Assembly: GCA_002269645.1 (NCBI GenBank)
Contig: NIVC01001920.1
Coordinates: 67,673-131,672 of the forward strand
Source: Macrostomum lignano
Taxonomy: Eukaryota
Length of the DNA stretch: 64,000 bases
Direction: 5' to 3'
The position numbers were made by a program, and so were the translations under genes. This document shows positions 1-16,329 of this stretch, in pieces (position 1 is the stretch's first letter; every line of letters starts with the position of its first letter). The notes beneath the pieces were generated by a model that ran no database searches, was not told the DNA's origin, and worked only from the letters and a program-made list of their open reading frames with translations.

Positions 1-555
1 TCAAGAAAGATTTCTAACGGCTTTGGCAAGATGCCCCGACGGTTTCTTCGCCTCACCGGCGTCGCTGCTATTCTCGTGAGTAATTTCTGAGCAGGCTTGC
101 CGTAGCAATAAATCACAAATAACTCCATCCGAGATAGCAGATAGATACTCACTGAAGGTCACTCTGCCGTGTGACCAGCAGTTCCCATTAGTTTTACCGC
201 AACTATATGACATGGACACTATCTAATCATTGTGAGTTCTCCCTCTTATCCATCTCTTCCCTTTTTTTCCAAACATTCTGTTGAGAAATTCACGTTTCTT
301 TGTGGCCTCCTGCATCGTCATCTGGTCATCCTGGGCCGAGTAGAATTCACGCTAGAATAAGCTGCATCTTTCTTCTGAAGCAAGATCCAGCACGTCCAGT
401 GGAACATACTCAGGCTTTTTTTAATTCGATTCCGCTGGTAATTTCGGCTGCTGCACCCCGCCGGCTCACAAATTTAGGCATGCAGCGCAATAATCGGATT
501 CGAACTGCTGCTCTGGCAGCCAAGCAAGCCACGGCTTCAGAGTGGCAGCGCGAAG

Positions 556-2283
556 GTGGCCGCCGATAATCAGGAGCCTCGGTATGGAGCGATACCGAAG
601 ATTTTCACCAGACCTTCGAGACTCGGAAAGGTGTTCAACGAGTACAGGAAGTACATTGAGCGCTGCCTCAAGCTGAACCCCGACTGGGAGTACTACCTGT
701 GGACGGACGAGGACATTGTGGCTTTCATCAGCGACTATTACCCGTTCTTCATGCGAAAGTACCTTTCATTCCGGATGCACGTCCAGAGAGCAGACAGCAT
801 CCGCTACATGGTTCTGCATCACTTCGGAGGTGGGTGAAGCATCCTGCTTTAGAATGCCTCGAACCTCCAATCACTATGAAAAAGTTCAATTTAGTTCATC
901 GATATGACATTGAATACATATAGAGGTCATTGTTTCAGGAATTGAGATCAGAATGGGTTGGTAAGAGCTAGAGCCACTGTTCTAAGAATCTGGAAGGGAG
1001 ATCAGTATGGGTTGGTACGAGCTAGAGCCACTGTTCTAAGAATCTGGAAGGGAGATCAGTATGGGTTGGTGTGAGCTAGAGCCACTGTTCTAAGAATCTG
1101 GAAGCGAGATTAGTATGGGTTGGTGCGAGCTAGAGCCACTGTTCTAAGAATCTGGAAGGGAGATCAGTATGGGTTGGTGCGAGCTAGAGCCACTGTTCTA
1201 AGAATCTGGAATTGAGATCAGTATGGGTTGGTACGAGCTAGAGCCACTGTTCTAAGAATCTGGAAGGGAGATCAGTATGGGTTGGTGTGAGCTAGAGCCA
1301 CTGTTCTAAGAATCTGGAAGGGAGATTAGTATGGGTTGGTGCGAGCTAGAGCCACTGTTCTAAGAATCTGGAAGGGATATCAGTATGGTCTCCCGACGAT
1401 GAGAGTTAGGGACTCTAGCTCGTACTCTAGCTTGTACTCGTACTAGCTCGAACAGTACGAGCTAGAGCCACTGTTCTAAGAATCTGGAAGGAGTTCGTTC
1501 GCACAAATGTACAGAAGTGTCCTTTCCAGGCATCTACATCGACATGGACGTCGAGTGCGTGAAGCCGTTCTTCCCGAGCCTTGAAAACCTCACGGCCTTC
1601 GTGGATCAGGAGGCCAAGGAGCACGCTGTGATTCTCTACGGCAAGGACTTCAGCGCCATGAACAGCGCCATGGGATCCGTGCCCGGACACCCGTTCTTCC
1701 TGCGTCTCGTGTTCGCCATGATGGAAGTGGACGACAGTCAACATCGGGGAGACGCTTTAGCGACCACCGGTCCCCGTTTGCTCACCAGCCAGCTGCAGAG
1801 CTGGTGGGCTGACAATGTCACTAATCGGCGGCACCAGGTGACGCTGCTGGATCCGCAGGTGTTCAGCCCAATTATTGACGACGAGGCGCATGACTTCAAG
1901 ACCATGTGCAGGCTGCTGCATGCTTGTAAGTGTTTTCGAAGTTTTAACTTTCTCTAGAATAAACAAGTGCAGTAGCCGTAAATGATAAATGGTTCGCTAT
2001 TCAAAATATTTTAGCCACACCGAATCCAAAAGATGCAACGGCTCGGCGGGTTAAGGAGATGCAGTTGCAGCTGTGCAGGCGGTACGCGGAGCGCAACTGG
2101 AGTCGCGACCTGACGGGCCCGGAAACGGTGGGCCGCCACCTCTTCCTGCACCTCGGCTACAGGTGGAATAATTGGTTGAAGTGGAAACAAAAGCACCTTC
2201 ACACCTACTTCAGCTTTTTCGACATTCAAGACGTCGCTAAGAATGTGAATTTCTACACACAGAAAAGGAATTCTACGCTTTAA
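556..2283 (+). CDS. Glycosyltransferase family 32 (DXD sugar-binding, OCH1/SUR1-like), spliced; 5' end uncertain
   Basis: Exons ~556-829, 1530-1925, 2015-2283 join in phase at GT..AG sites (830 GTGGGT/1529 TTTCCAG; 1926 GTAAGT/2014 TTTTAG). The product has WEYYLWTDED, RADSIRYMVLHHFGGIYIDMDVECVKP (GG-Y-DxD motif) and NSAMGSVPGHPFF. The family IPKI-HQT motif appears in a shifted frame at 604-630. Possible upstream exon 31-75 (MPRRFLRLTGVAAIL, then GTGAGT). Confidence 0.8.
944..1388. repeat. 54-bp minisatellite (~8 units) in GT32 intron 1
   Basis: Unit GAGCTAGAGCCACTGTTCTAAGAATCTGGAAGGGAGATCAGTATGGGTTGGTAC; starts at 965 and 1019 give period 54; an extra partial copy near 1460-1490. Confidence 0.95.
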
Positions 2284-3329
2284 TAGGATTCTTTTTCTTT
2301 TAAAAAGTAAATTTTGGCTAATAAAGACAGCTAGCTGGTACTTTCACTTTAAAAAAACTGGATGCTCATTTCTCTATATCGATCGAAGAAAGAGAATACA
2401 TATTTTAGGTCGCGCATGAGATACGCAGTTTTGTGCGCTATTAATGACTACAAAACTTTTCTTGAATTCCTACTTGCAATAGTACTCGTATGTACACCGG
2501 AATAGCTGTATAAGAGATTCGATTTCCATTTTCACTAAGAAATAAGCATAGCTGTCTCAAATTTTGCTGAAGTTTGAACAGTAATGACAGAGGGCGCAAC
2601 CTGCCCTGCATATACATGAACGATTCTAGAATATATGTCCACAATGATTGAGTCGGCAACCCGGCAGTATGACCTATTGCCCCACCAAACTTGAAGCTCA
2701 AACCCAAGCGAACTGTTGCGCCATCATCTATTCCAGCTTTTTAAGGCCACTCAATCTTCACTGAGTTCTACTGCAGCATGCCGCTGACGCTACGGAAACT
2801 TGGCGCTTCCTCGACTTCCTGCTGGCTGAAACTTCCACAGCAACCGAGACCCTGTGCTCCTGAAGCTTTTGACATATCACAGCTTTGCTCGTAAAGCTGC
2901 ACTACTTCGAACATGGAAAATCTGGCACAGAAAGTTTCTGTCAGTCCTGACTCGGATTGGACACTACGGGACAAAGCGGAGATTCCTTTGTTCCCGCCCA
3001 AAGGTGCCGTCCGTGCAGAGAATGCCGTGCAGGCTGATAGCAGCGGGGAACAATGCCGCGGCAGCGGTGGGAAAGGCTGACAGCATGCCTGCCAGCGTCA
3101 GTCACTGAGGGGCGGGAGAATTCCCGAGATAAGCCTTATCAGTTGTTCTCGGGCCCCGCGCATGGCGCACTGGAGAGCAGGCGCAACTCCCGTTCGCTAC
3201 AACAACAATGGAATTCGGGGGCGAATTCGCCAGTTATTCACTGTAATTCAATTGCAAAAGGTGGGAGAAGATTTTGCAGAAGCATTTCTGACCTGTGCCC
3301 TCATTGTGCCAACTCTTCGGCAGCAGAGG

Positions 3330-4459
3330 ATGACTCAGACAGAGGGTTCGTCTCTGCCTCAGTTGCACACGAGCAGCTGCCTCAACCATTCGACGCTGTC
3401 GGTGAGCAACGACAGCTTTGTGCCAATCCGGCCCAGCCTCCAGGAGTTCTGGCTGGTCACCAGCTACTGCCTCAGCCTGCTGGTGGTGCTGACGAACTCG
3501 GCGGTGCTGGTGGTGGTGTCCCGCAGCCCCAGCCTCCACCGAGCCGCCTACGCCTTCATCTGCAACCTGGCCGCCTGCGACCTCATCTACGGTCTCTGCT
3601 ACGCCTTCTTCGCCTCGGCCGCGCATTTCCGCCAGCTGGGCGCAGCTTCACCGTCTGCCGCCTCGCCCTGGCCAGCTTCTACGCCTCCATCGGCTGTTCA
3701 ACCGTCGGCATCACCCTCATCGCGAGCGAGCGCTTTGTTGCCATCCGCTACCCCATCGCTTACGGTCGGCTGGCCACCCGTTCGGCCGTGTCCGCCAGCA
3801 TCGCCGTCGCCTTGGCGCTCGTCGTCGGCCCGGTGACAGCTGCCGTGTTCCTCTCGGCCAGGCAACCGCCGTATTACCCTCACCTGGTTGGCTGCGTCAC
3901 CCAGCATCTGCTGCCCTCCTGGGCTCTGGTGCTTGCCTCCGCGCACATCGCCCTGGCGCAGACCTTGGCCACCTGCTGCTACCTGTCCGTGTTCCGCATC
4001 GCCAGGCTGCAGCGGCTCAGCGCCAAGCGCCAGATGGGCCAGCGGGCGCGCCGCGTCGCTCGCAGCTGGCAGCTGACCGTCTCCATCGGGCTGCTCATCG
4101 TTCTGTTCTACTTCTTCTGGATTCCCACCTGGGCGCTGCAGCTCTACCGACTGACCGTGCCGGATACCTCGGCCTCGCTGACCCTCGCCTACTTCAGCGC
4201 CTGCTTCTCCACGCTGAACAGCATAGTGAACATCTTCGTCTACTGGCTGCGCACCAAAGAGTTCCAGCTGGCCGTGAAGCGACTGCTGCTGGGTGGCGAG
4301 GCCCGGAGGCGCCGCTCCACTGCTCAGCGGCAGCCGCAGTTGGGCGGCTCCGCCAGGGCCAGCGTTGCTACAGTCACCTCCACGATGGAGTCCTCCGCGG
4401 ATGCCGCTGCTGCCGCTGCCGACTCAGTGAAGGGAAATTTTGTTGCTACTAAACTCTGA
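3330..4459 (+). CDS. Intronless rhodopsin-like (class A) GPCR with one apparent frameshift
   Basis: ATG 3330, N-terminal sequons NHS/NDS, TM1 TNSAVL and TM2 NLAACDL in the 3162 frame. TM3 ERF, TM6 FWIP and TM7 NSIVNIFVY lie in the 3053 frame. The frames switch at the GGG run 3638-3640. Confidence 0.85.
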
Positions 4460-4870
4460 CAGATGCTCCGTAGTTTATGCAGAGGATGGCTGAAAGCCGC
4501 ACAATCATGAAAATTTATTTGAAGAGATGAGCTCAGTGGTCCTTGCATTCCCATAACTCATTGTACTGTGCAAGTCCATTACAAAATCCAAATAGCCCCG
4601 ACTAGCTACTTGCTAAAAGTACGCTCGTAGTACGAATAGCACCCGCAGTTCCTAAAACTGCCTGTCCGCCACTGTTAAACATGAACTGCAACTGCAGACC
4701 TGATTCGCCAGGTCGCTCTCAATGCATTTCCACACTAATTAAAATGCCCAGCGGGGGAAATTGCGCAAAACTTTCTTGATTTTGCTGCGATCGATGCGTT
4801 TTTGAGTTGTATTTCCTGACACGGAAGCCTCGGATTTTCTGGCAGGTTTAACACGGCCGCCATGTTGGTT

Positions 4871-7172
4871 ACTGCAGCCTGACTAGTAGCTAACTGCAGC
4901 CTGACTAGTAGCTTACTGCAGCCTGACTAGTAGCTTACTGCAGCCTGACTAGTAGCTTACTGCAGCCAGACTAGTAGCTTACTGCAGCCAGACTAGTAGC
5001 TTACTGCAGCCTGACTAGTAGCTTACTGCAGCCTGACTAGTAGCTTACTGCAGCCTGACTAGTAGCTTACTGCAGCCTGACTAGTAGCTTACTGCAGCCT
5101 GACTAGTAGCTTACTGCAGCCAGACTAGTAGCTTACTGCAGCCTGACTAGTAGCTAACTGCAGCCTGACTAGTAGCTAACTGCAGCCTGACTAGTAGCTA
5201 ACTGCAGCCTGACTAGTAGCTTACTGCAGTCTGACTAGTAGCTTACTGCAGCCTGACTAGTAGCTTACTGCAGTCTGACTAGTAGCTTACTGCAGCCAGA
5301 CTAGTAGCTTACTGCAGCCAGACTAGTAACTTACTGCAGCCTGACTAGTAACTTACTGCAGCCTGACTAGTAGCTTACTGCAGCCTGTATAGTAGCTTAC
5401 TGCAGCCAGACTAGTAGCTTACTGCAGCCTGACTAGCTTACTGCAGCCTGACTAGTAGCTTACTGCAGCCTGACTAGTAACTTACTGCAGCCAGACTAGT
5501 AGCTTACTGCAGCCTGACTAGTAGCTTACTGCAGCCTGTATAGTAGCTTACTGCAGCCTGACTAGTAACTTACTGCAGCCTGACTAGTAACTTACTGCAG
5601 CCTGACTAGTAGCTTACTGCAGCCTGTATAGTAGCTTACTGCAGCCAGACTAGTAGCTTAATGCAGCCTGACTAGTAGCTTACTGCAGCCTGTATAGTAG
5701 CTTACTGCAGCCTGACTAGTAACTTACTGCAGCCTGACTAGTAGCTAACTGCAGCCTGACTAGTAGCTTACTGCAGCCTGTATAGTAGCTTACTGCAGCC
5801 AGACTAGTAACTTACTGCAGCCAGACTAGTAGCTTACTGCAGCCAGACTAGTAGCTTACTGCAGCCTGACTAGTAGCTTACTGCAGCCTGACTAGTAGCT
5901 TACTGCAGCCTGTATAGTAGCTTACTGCAGCCTGACTAGTAGCTTACTGCAGCCTGACTAGTAACTTACTGCAGCCTGACTAGTAGCTTACTGCCGCCTG
6001 TATAGTAGCTTACTGCAGCCAGACTAGTAGCTTACTGCAGCCTGACTAGTAGCTTACTGCAGCCTGTATAGTAGCTTACTGCAGCCTGACTAGTAACTTA
6101 CTGCAGCCTGACTAGTAACTTACTGCAGCCTGACTAGTAGCTTACTGCAGCCTGTATAGTAGCTTACTGCAGCCAGACTAGTAGCTTACTGCAGCCTGAC
6201 TAGCTTACTGCAGCCTGACTAGTAGCTTACTGCAGCCTGACTAGTAACTTACTGCAGCCTGACTAGTAACTTACTGCAGCCTGACTAGTAGCTTACTGCA
6301 GCCTGTATAGTAGCTTACTGCAGCCAGACTAGTAGCTAACTGCAGCCTGACTAGCTTACTGCAGCCTGACTAGTAGCTTACTGCAGCCTGTATAGTAGCT
6401 TACTGCAGCCTAACTAGTAACTTACTGCAGCCAGACTAGTAGCTTACTGCAGCCTGACTAGTAGCTTACTGCAGCCTGTATAGTAGCTTACTGCAGCCTG
6501 ACTAGTAACTTACTGCAGCCTGACTAGTAACTTACTGCAGCCTGACTAGTAGCTTACTGCAGCCTGTATAGTAGCTTACTGCAGCCAGACTAGTAGCTTA
6601 CTGCAGCCTGACTAGTAGCTTACTGCAGCCTGTATAGTAGCTTACTGCAGCCTGACTAGTAACTTACTGCAGCCTGACTAGTAACTTACTGCAGCCTGAC
6701 TAGTAGCTTACTGCAGCCTGTATAGTAGCTTACTGCAGCCAGACTAGTAACTTACTGCAGCCTGACTAGTAGCTTACTGCAGCCTGACTAGTAGCTTACT
6801 GCAGCCTGACTAGTAGCTTACTGCAGCCAGACTAGTAGCTTACTGCAGCCTGACTAGCTTACTGCAGCCTGACTAGTAGCTTACTGCAGTCTGACTAGTA
6901 GCTTACTGCAGTCTGACTAGTAGCTTACTGCAGCCTGACTAGTAGCTTACTGCAGCCAGACTAGTAGCTTACTGCAGCCTGACTAGTAGCTTACTGCAGC
7001 CAGACTAGTAACTTACTGCAGTCTGACTAGTAGCTTACTGCAGCCTGTATAGTAGCTTACTGCAACCTGACTAGTAGCTTACTGCAGCCTGTATAGTAGC
7101 TTACTGCAACCTGACTAGTAGCTTACTGCAGCCTGTATAGTAGCTTACTGCAGCCTGACTAGTAGCTTACTG
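4871..7172. repeat. 22-bp minisatellite (~104 units)
   Basis: Unit CTGCAGCCTGACTAGTAGCTTA with recurrent variants (CCAGAC, CCTGTA, AGTAAC, 19-bp deletion units). Confidence 0.97.
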
Positions 7173-7767
7173 AAGTGAAGCGAAAGTGCCGTTAGCAAGA
7201 GGATGGGAGAAATCAGCCGACACGCGCGTGATGCGTGAACAAGCATCCAGCCTTGGCAGCAACTCCCCAGATGCACAAGAACTGCATGCCTAAAAATAGT
7301 CCTGATGATCGGCAAGCGAGAAGCCCAGCCATGCGACCCTCGCGTGATGCATGAATCTCCTCTGGCCGACGGCTCCTATTGGGCCTCCCCATTCCACTTT
7401 CTTCCCCTTTTCCTCCTTGCTCGCGTACAGTGTGCTAGCTTATAAAATATACTGATTGAAGAGGAAAGATCCTCGCCTGAAGTTTGAGAATGTGACTCTA
7501 GAGATCACACAGAGAAAGTTACCATCAGGTCCATTGTTCGTTGTCTTCCTGAACTGTTGGCAGAAGGAACCGATAAATATGGGAAAATTGTCGTTTCATT
7601 AATGCAGTCTGCAGTACTAGGATCCAATGAGCGTCCAAGATGTGGCAGCGGAAATTTCAGTCTAGAAGCAGTTCTAACATCTTTGTATCAATTGTGACAC
7701 TGCGCTATCACAGCACGACAGCATGACTCGATAGGGGGTCCTGCTTTAATCTCAGTTTTTAGCTCAC

Positions 7768-8120
7768 CACTCTTGCATAGCTTATAGATCCTCAGCACTC
7801 TTGCATAGCTTACAGACCCTCAGCACTCTTGCATAGCTTACAGACCCTCAGTACTCTTGCATAGCTTACAGACCCTCAGCACTCTTGCATAGCTTACAGA
7901 CCCTCAGTACTCTTGCATAGCTTACAGACCCTCAGCACTCTTGCATAGCTTACAGACCCTCAGTACTCTTGCATAGCTTACAGACCCTCAGCACTCTTGC
8001 ATAGCTTACAGACCCTCAGCACTCTTGCATAGCTTACAGACCCTCAGCACTCTTGCATAGCTTACAGACCCTCAGCACTCTTGCATAGCTTACAGACCCT
8101 CAGTACTCTTGCATAGCTTA
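7768..8120. repeat. 28-bp minisatellite, left part (split by LINE)
   Basis: Unit CAGACCCTCAGCACTCTTGCATAGCTTA, ~12 units; same unit resumes at 13500. Confidence 0.97.
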
Positions 8121-8209
8121 CTTACTTACTTACTACTGACGGGGGGCGCAGGCGCCGCGAATAGGCCGCGAGGCCCCTATCGCAACCCCAAGGTAAAAGA
8201 GCACAAGGA

Positions 8210-13088
<4,879 letters not shown>

Positions 13089-13499
13089 TTATCCCAGGAT
13101 TGCTCCCAGGCGAGGCTCCGGCAGGCCCCCGGTCCACACTCTGCAAGATCAGGGGGCGGGAGGCCGGCTGCGGGCTTGGGACACAGGCGCCAGGTCGAGT
13201 TGACAGCCGACGCCCGAGCCCTCCCCCACAAGAGCGGCCCTCGAGAACCCGTGTGGTACCAGTTGCAACTAAGGGCTGTCGATGGGTAGTTGGCGCTTAG
13301 CCAGCAGCCAACTACTTAGCAGCCACCTGCCCCGCAAAAAAGCAGCAGGGGGGATCCGTCCCCCACCAGCAGACCAAGACGAGGAAGCTAGCCGCTTCCA
13401 CGCCAGGCCAGAACGAAAAGGAGGGGGAAGAGCCTCCTCGAAAAACGAAAAGCTGGCGGATGTCACAGAGTCCCTCGGTTTAAGTTGCCGTTTGCCCCC

Positions 13500-14277
13500 C
13501 TCTTGCATAGCTTACAGACCCTCAGCACTCTTGCATAGCTTACAGACCCTCAGTACTCTTGCATAGCTTACAGACCCTCAGCACTCTTGCATAGCTTACA
13601 GACCCTCAGCACTCTTGCATAGCTTACAGACCCTCAGCACTCTTGCATAGCTTACCGACCCTCAGCACTCTTGCATAGCTTACCGACCCTCAGCACTCTT
13701 GCATAGCTTACAGACCCTCAGCACTCTTGCATAGCTTACAGACCCTCAGCACTCTTGCATAGCTTACAGACCCTCAGCACTCTTGCATAGCTTACAGACC
13801 CTCAGCACTCTTGCATAGCTTACAGACCCTCAGCACTCTTGCATAGCTTACCGACCCTCAGCACTCTTGCATAGCTTACAGACCCTCAGCACTCTTGCAT
13901 AGCTTACAGACCCTCAGCACTCTTGCATAGCTTACAGACCCTCAGCACTCTTGCATAGCTTACAGACCCTCAGCACTCTTGCATAGCTTACAGACCCTCA
14001 GCACTCTTGCATAGCTTACAGACCCTCAGCACTCTTGCATAGCTTACAGACCCTCAGCACTCTTGCATAGCTTACAGACCCTCAGCACTCTTGCATAGCT
14101 TACAGACCCTCAGCACTCTTGCATAGCTTACAGACCCTCAGCACTCTTGCATAGCTTACAGACCCTCAGCACTCTTGCATAGCTTACAGACCCTCAGCAC
14201 TCTTGCATAGCTTACAGACCCTCAGCACTCTTGCATAGCTTACAGACCCTCAGCACTCTTGCATATCTTACAGACCC
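13500..14277. repeat. 28-bp minisatellite, right part
   Basis: Same unit as 7768-8120, ~28 units. Confidence 0.97.
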
Positions 14278-14638
14278 AACTCACTGATCAACTGGCATTT
14301 AGGTGTAAAAGTAGCATAATGAACTTATCTAACAAGCAGAAGAATTCTGCTGACACATTCTAGAAGCGCTAGCTAGAGGAGGGCGCCTTCGATTTCCCCT
14401 GGTCTCGCCTCCACCCTGTGCACCGGTCTGAAAACTGCGGCTCCTCTGCCCCCCGCGCACAGCTCAGATAAGCTCAGCAGAGCCCGCAGAAGCTCAGGCG
14501 CAGGCCCACTGGGTTCGCACGCAGCCCCAGGTGATAAGCTGCGCAAGGCACCCTTTTTCTGCCCGCAGCTTAGCAGCCCAGCGGCAGAGCCAGTCAGAGC
14601 TTCAGATCCGAAAGTGAGCAAGGCGCGCCTCAGCAACC

Positions 14639-16283
14639 ATGACCGACCCCTTTTTGTTGGACCAGAGGGAGGTGGAGCTGACCCTGCACCGGCTGGAGGA
14701 GGCCGTCTCGGTGTGGAGGACAATGCAGAAGGAGAGGCGGACCGACTTCAGCGACTCGCTTGAGTACGAGCTGCAGGGGGTCGAGAGTGAGTCCTGACTG
14801 GGTCAAAGTGGGTTGAGGGAGGGTAATAGGGATTGGGGCGAGAGTGAGTCATGGGGATTGGGGCGAGAGTGAGTCATGGGGATTGGGGCGAGAGTGAGTC
14901 ATGGGGATTGGGGCGAGAGTGAGTCATGGGGATTGGGGCAAGAGTGAGTCATAGGGATTGGGGCGAGAGTGAGTCATGGGGATTGGGGCGAGAGTGAGTC
15001 ATGGGGATTGGGGCGAGAGTGAGTCATGGGGATTGGGGCGAGAGTGAGTCATGGGGATTGGGGCGAGAGTGAGTCATGGGGATTGGGGCGAGAGTGAGTC
15101 ATGGGGATTGGGGCAAGAGTGAGTCATTGGGATTGGGGCGAGAGTGAGTCATGGGGATTGGGGCGAGAGTGAGTCATGGGGATTGGGGCGAGAGTGAGTC
15201 ATGGGGATTGGGGCGAGAGTGAGTCATGGGTATTGGGGCGAGAGTGAGTCATGGGGATTGGGGCGAGAGTGAGTCATGGGGATTGGGGCGAGAGTGAGTC
15301 ATTGGGATTGGGGCGAGAGTGAGTCATGGGGATTGGGGCGAGAGTGAGTCATGGGGATTGGGGCGAGAGTGAGTCATGGGGATTGGGGCGAGAGTGAGTC
15401 ATGGGGATTGGGGCGAGGGTGGGTCATTGGAACTGGGTGGAGGTTGGGTCATTGGGATTTGGTTGAGGGTGGGTCATTGGGATTGGGTTGAGTGTGGGTC
15501 ATTAGAACTGGGTGGAGGGTGGGTCATTGGAACTGGGTGGAGGGTGGGTCATTGGGATTGGGTTGAGGGTTGGTCATTGGGATTGGGTGGAGGGTGGGTC
15601 ATTGGGATTGGGTGGGGTCAGGTGCTCAAAATCAAACGGAATTCCTGGTCACCCCAGGCAGCATCAGGAACGGGATCCGGGACGTGAAGTGGAGCCTGGA
15701 GGACCTGGAGGAGACGCTGAAGCTGATGTCGCAGAACAACGGCCGCTTCGTGACCTCCGAGGACCTTGCCGCTCGGCGTAAATTCCTGGAGGAGGCTCGA
15801 AAGACTCTTGCCGATGTGGAGTTCGAGGTCAGCAGCCCCTCGCTGGACGCGGTGATCAGCGGGAAGCTGCAGCAGCAGCAGGAGGTGGCAGAGGCACCCG
15901 CGGACACCAGCTCAGCTGAGCCCGAGCAGGTGTCGCTGCTCAGGGCCGACTCCGAAGAGCAGGTGGTGTTCAGCAAAACCGAGTTTGCTACCAGACTGCA
16001 GCCGAGCCAGCAGCGAAAGCCGGTGGACACAATGGTGTCTGTGAACCTGGACACCGTCAGGGACCTCGTGGAGCCGCCAAGAGGCCACCGGGGCTTTGGG
16101 GCCGCGGCTCGGTGGCTGTCCCGCTACCGCTGCTGGCTGCTCCTCCTGCTGCTGGTGGCCTTCTTCCTCTTGCTGGTGCTGATGAAGGCGCTGTCCAGGC
16201 GGGCCAGTGTGGATGGCTTGGCCAGCACCGAGTCGCCAGCGACCACCACCGAGTGCCCGATCGACAGCTTTGACTGCCTGTAG
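14639..16283 (+). CDS. Syntaxin-6 N-terminal (Habc) domain protein with C-terminal TM helix and no intact SNARE motif
   Basis: Exon 1 14639-14786 (MTDPF...EV...W) ends at GTGAGT. Exon 2 starts at 15658 (CCCCAG; alternative 15622, both phase 1) and ends at 16283. It has SIRNGIRDVKWSLEDLEETL and EDLAARRKFL, matching STX6 [20 protein letters not shown] and ELSIRKAFI. Hydrophobic segment WLLLLLLVAFFLLLVLM; ~257 aa. Confidence 0.75.
14830..15618. repeat. 25-bp G-rich minisatellite filling the STX6-like intron, degenerating after ~15415
   Basis: Unit GGGATTGGGGCGAGAGTGAGTCATG, ~23 units, then related GGGTCATTGGGATT units. Confidence 0.95.
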
Positions 16284-16329
16284 CTGCCTTCCGGCACCGC
16301 TGCGCCTGTCGCTCTGTAGCCTGGTGGCA

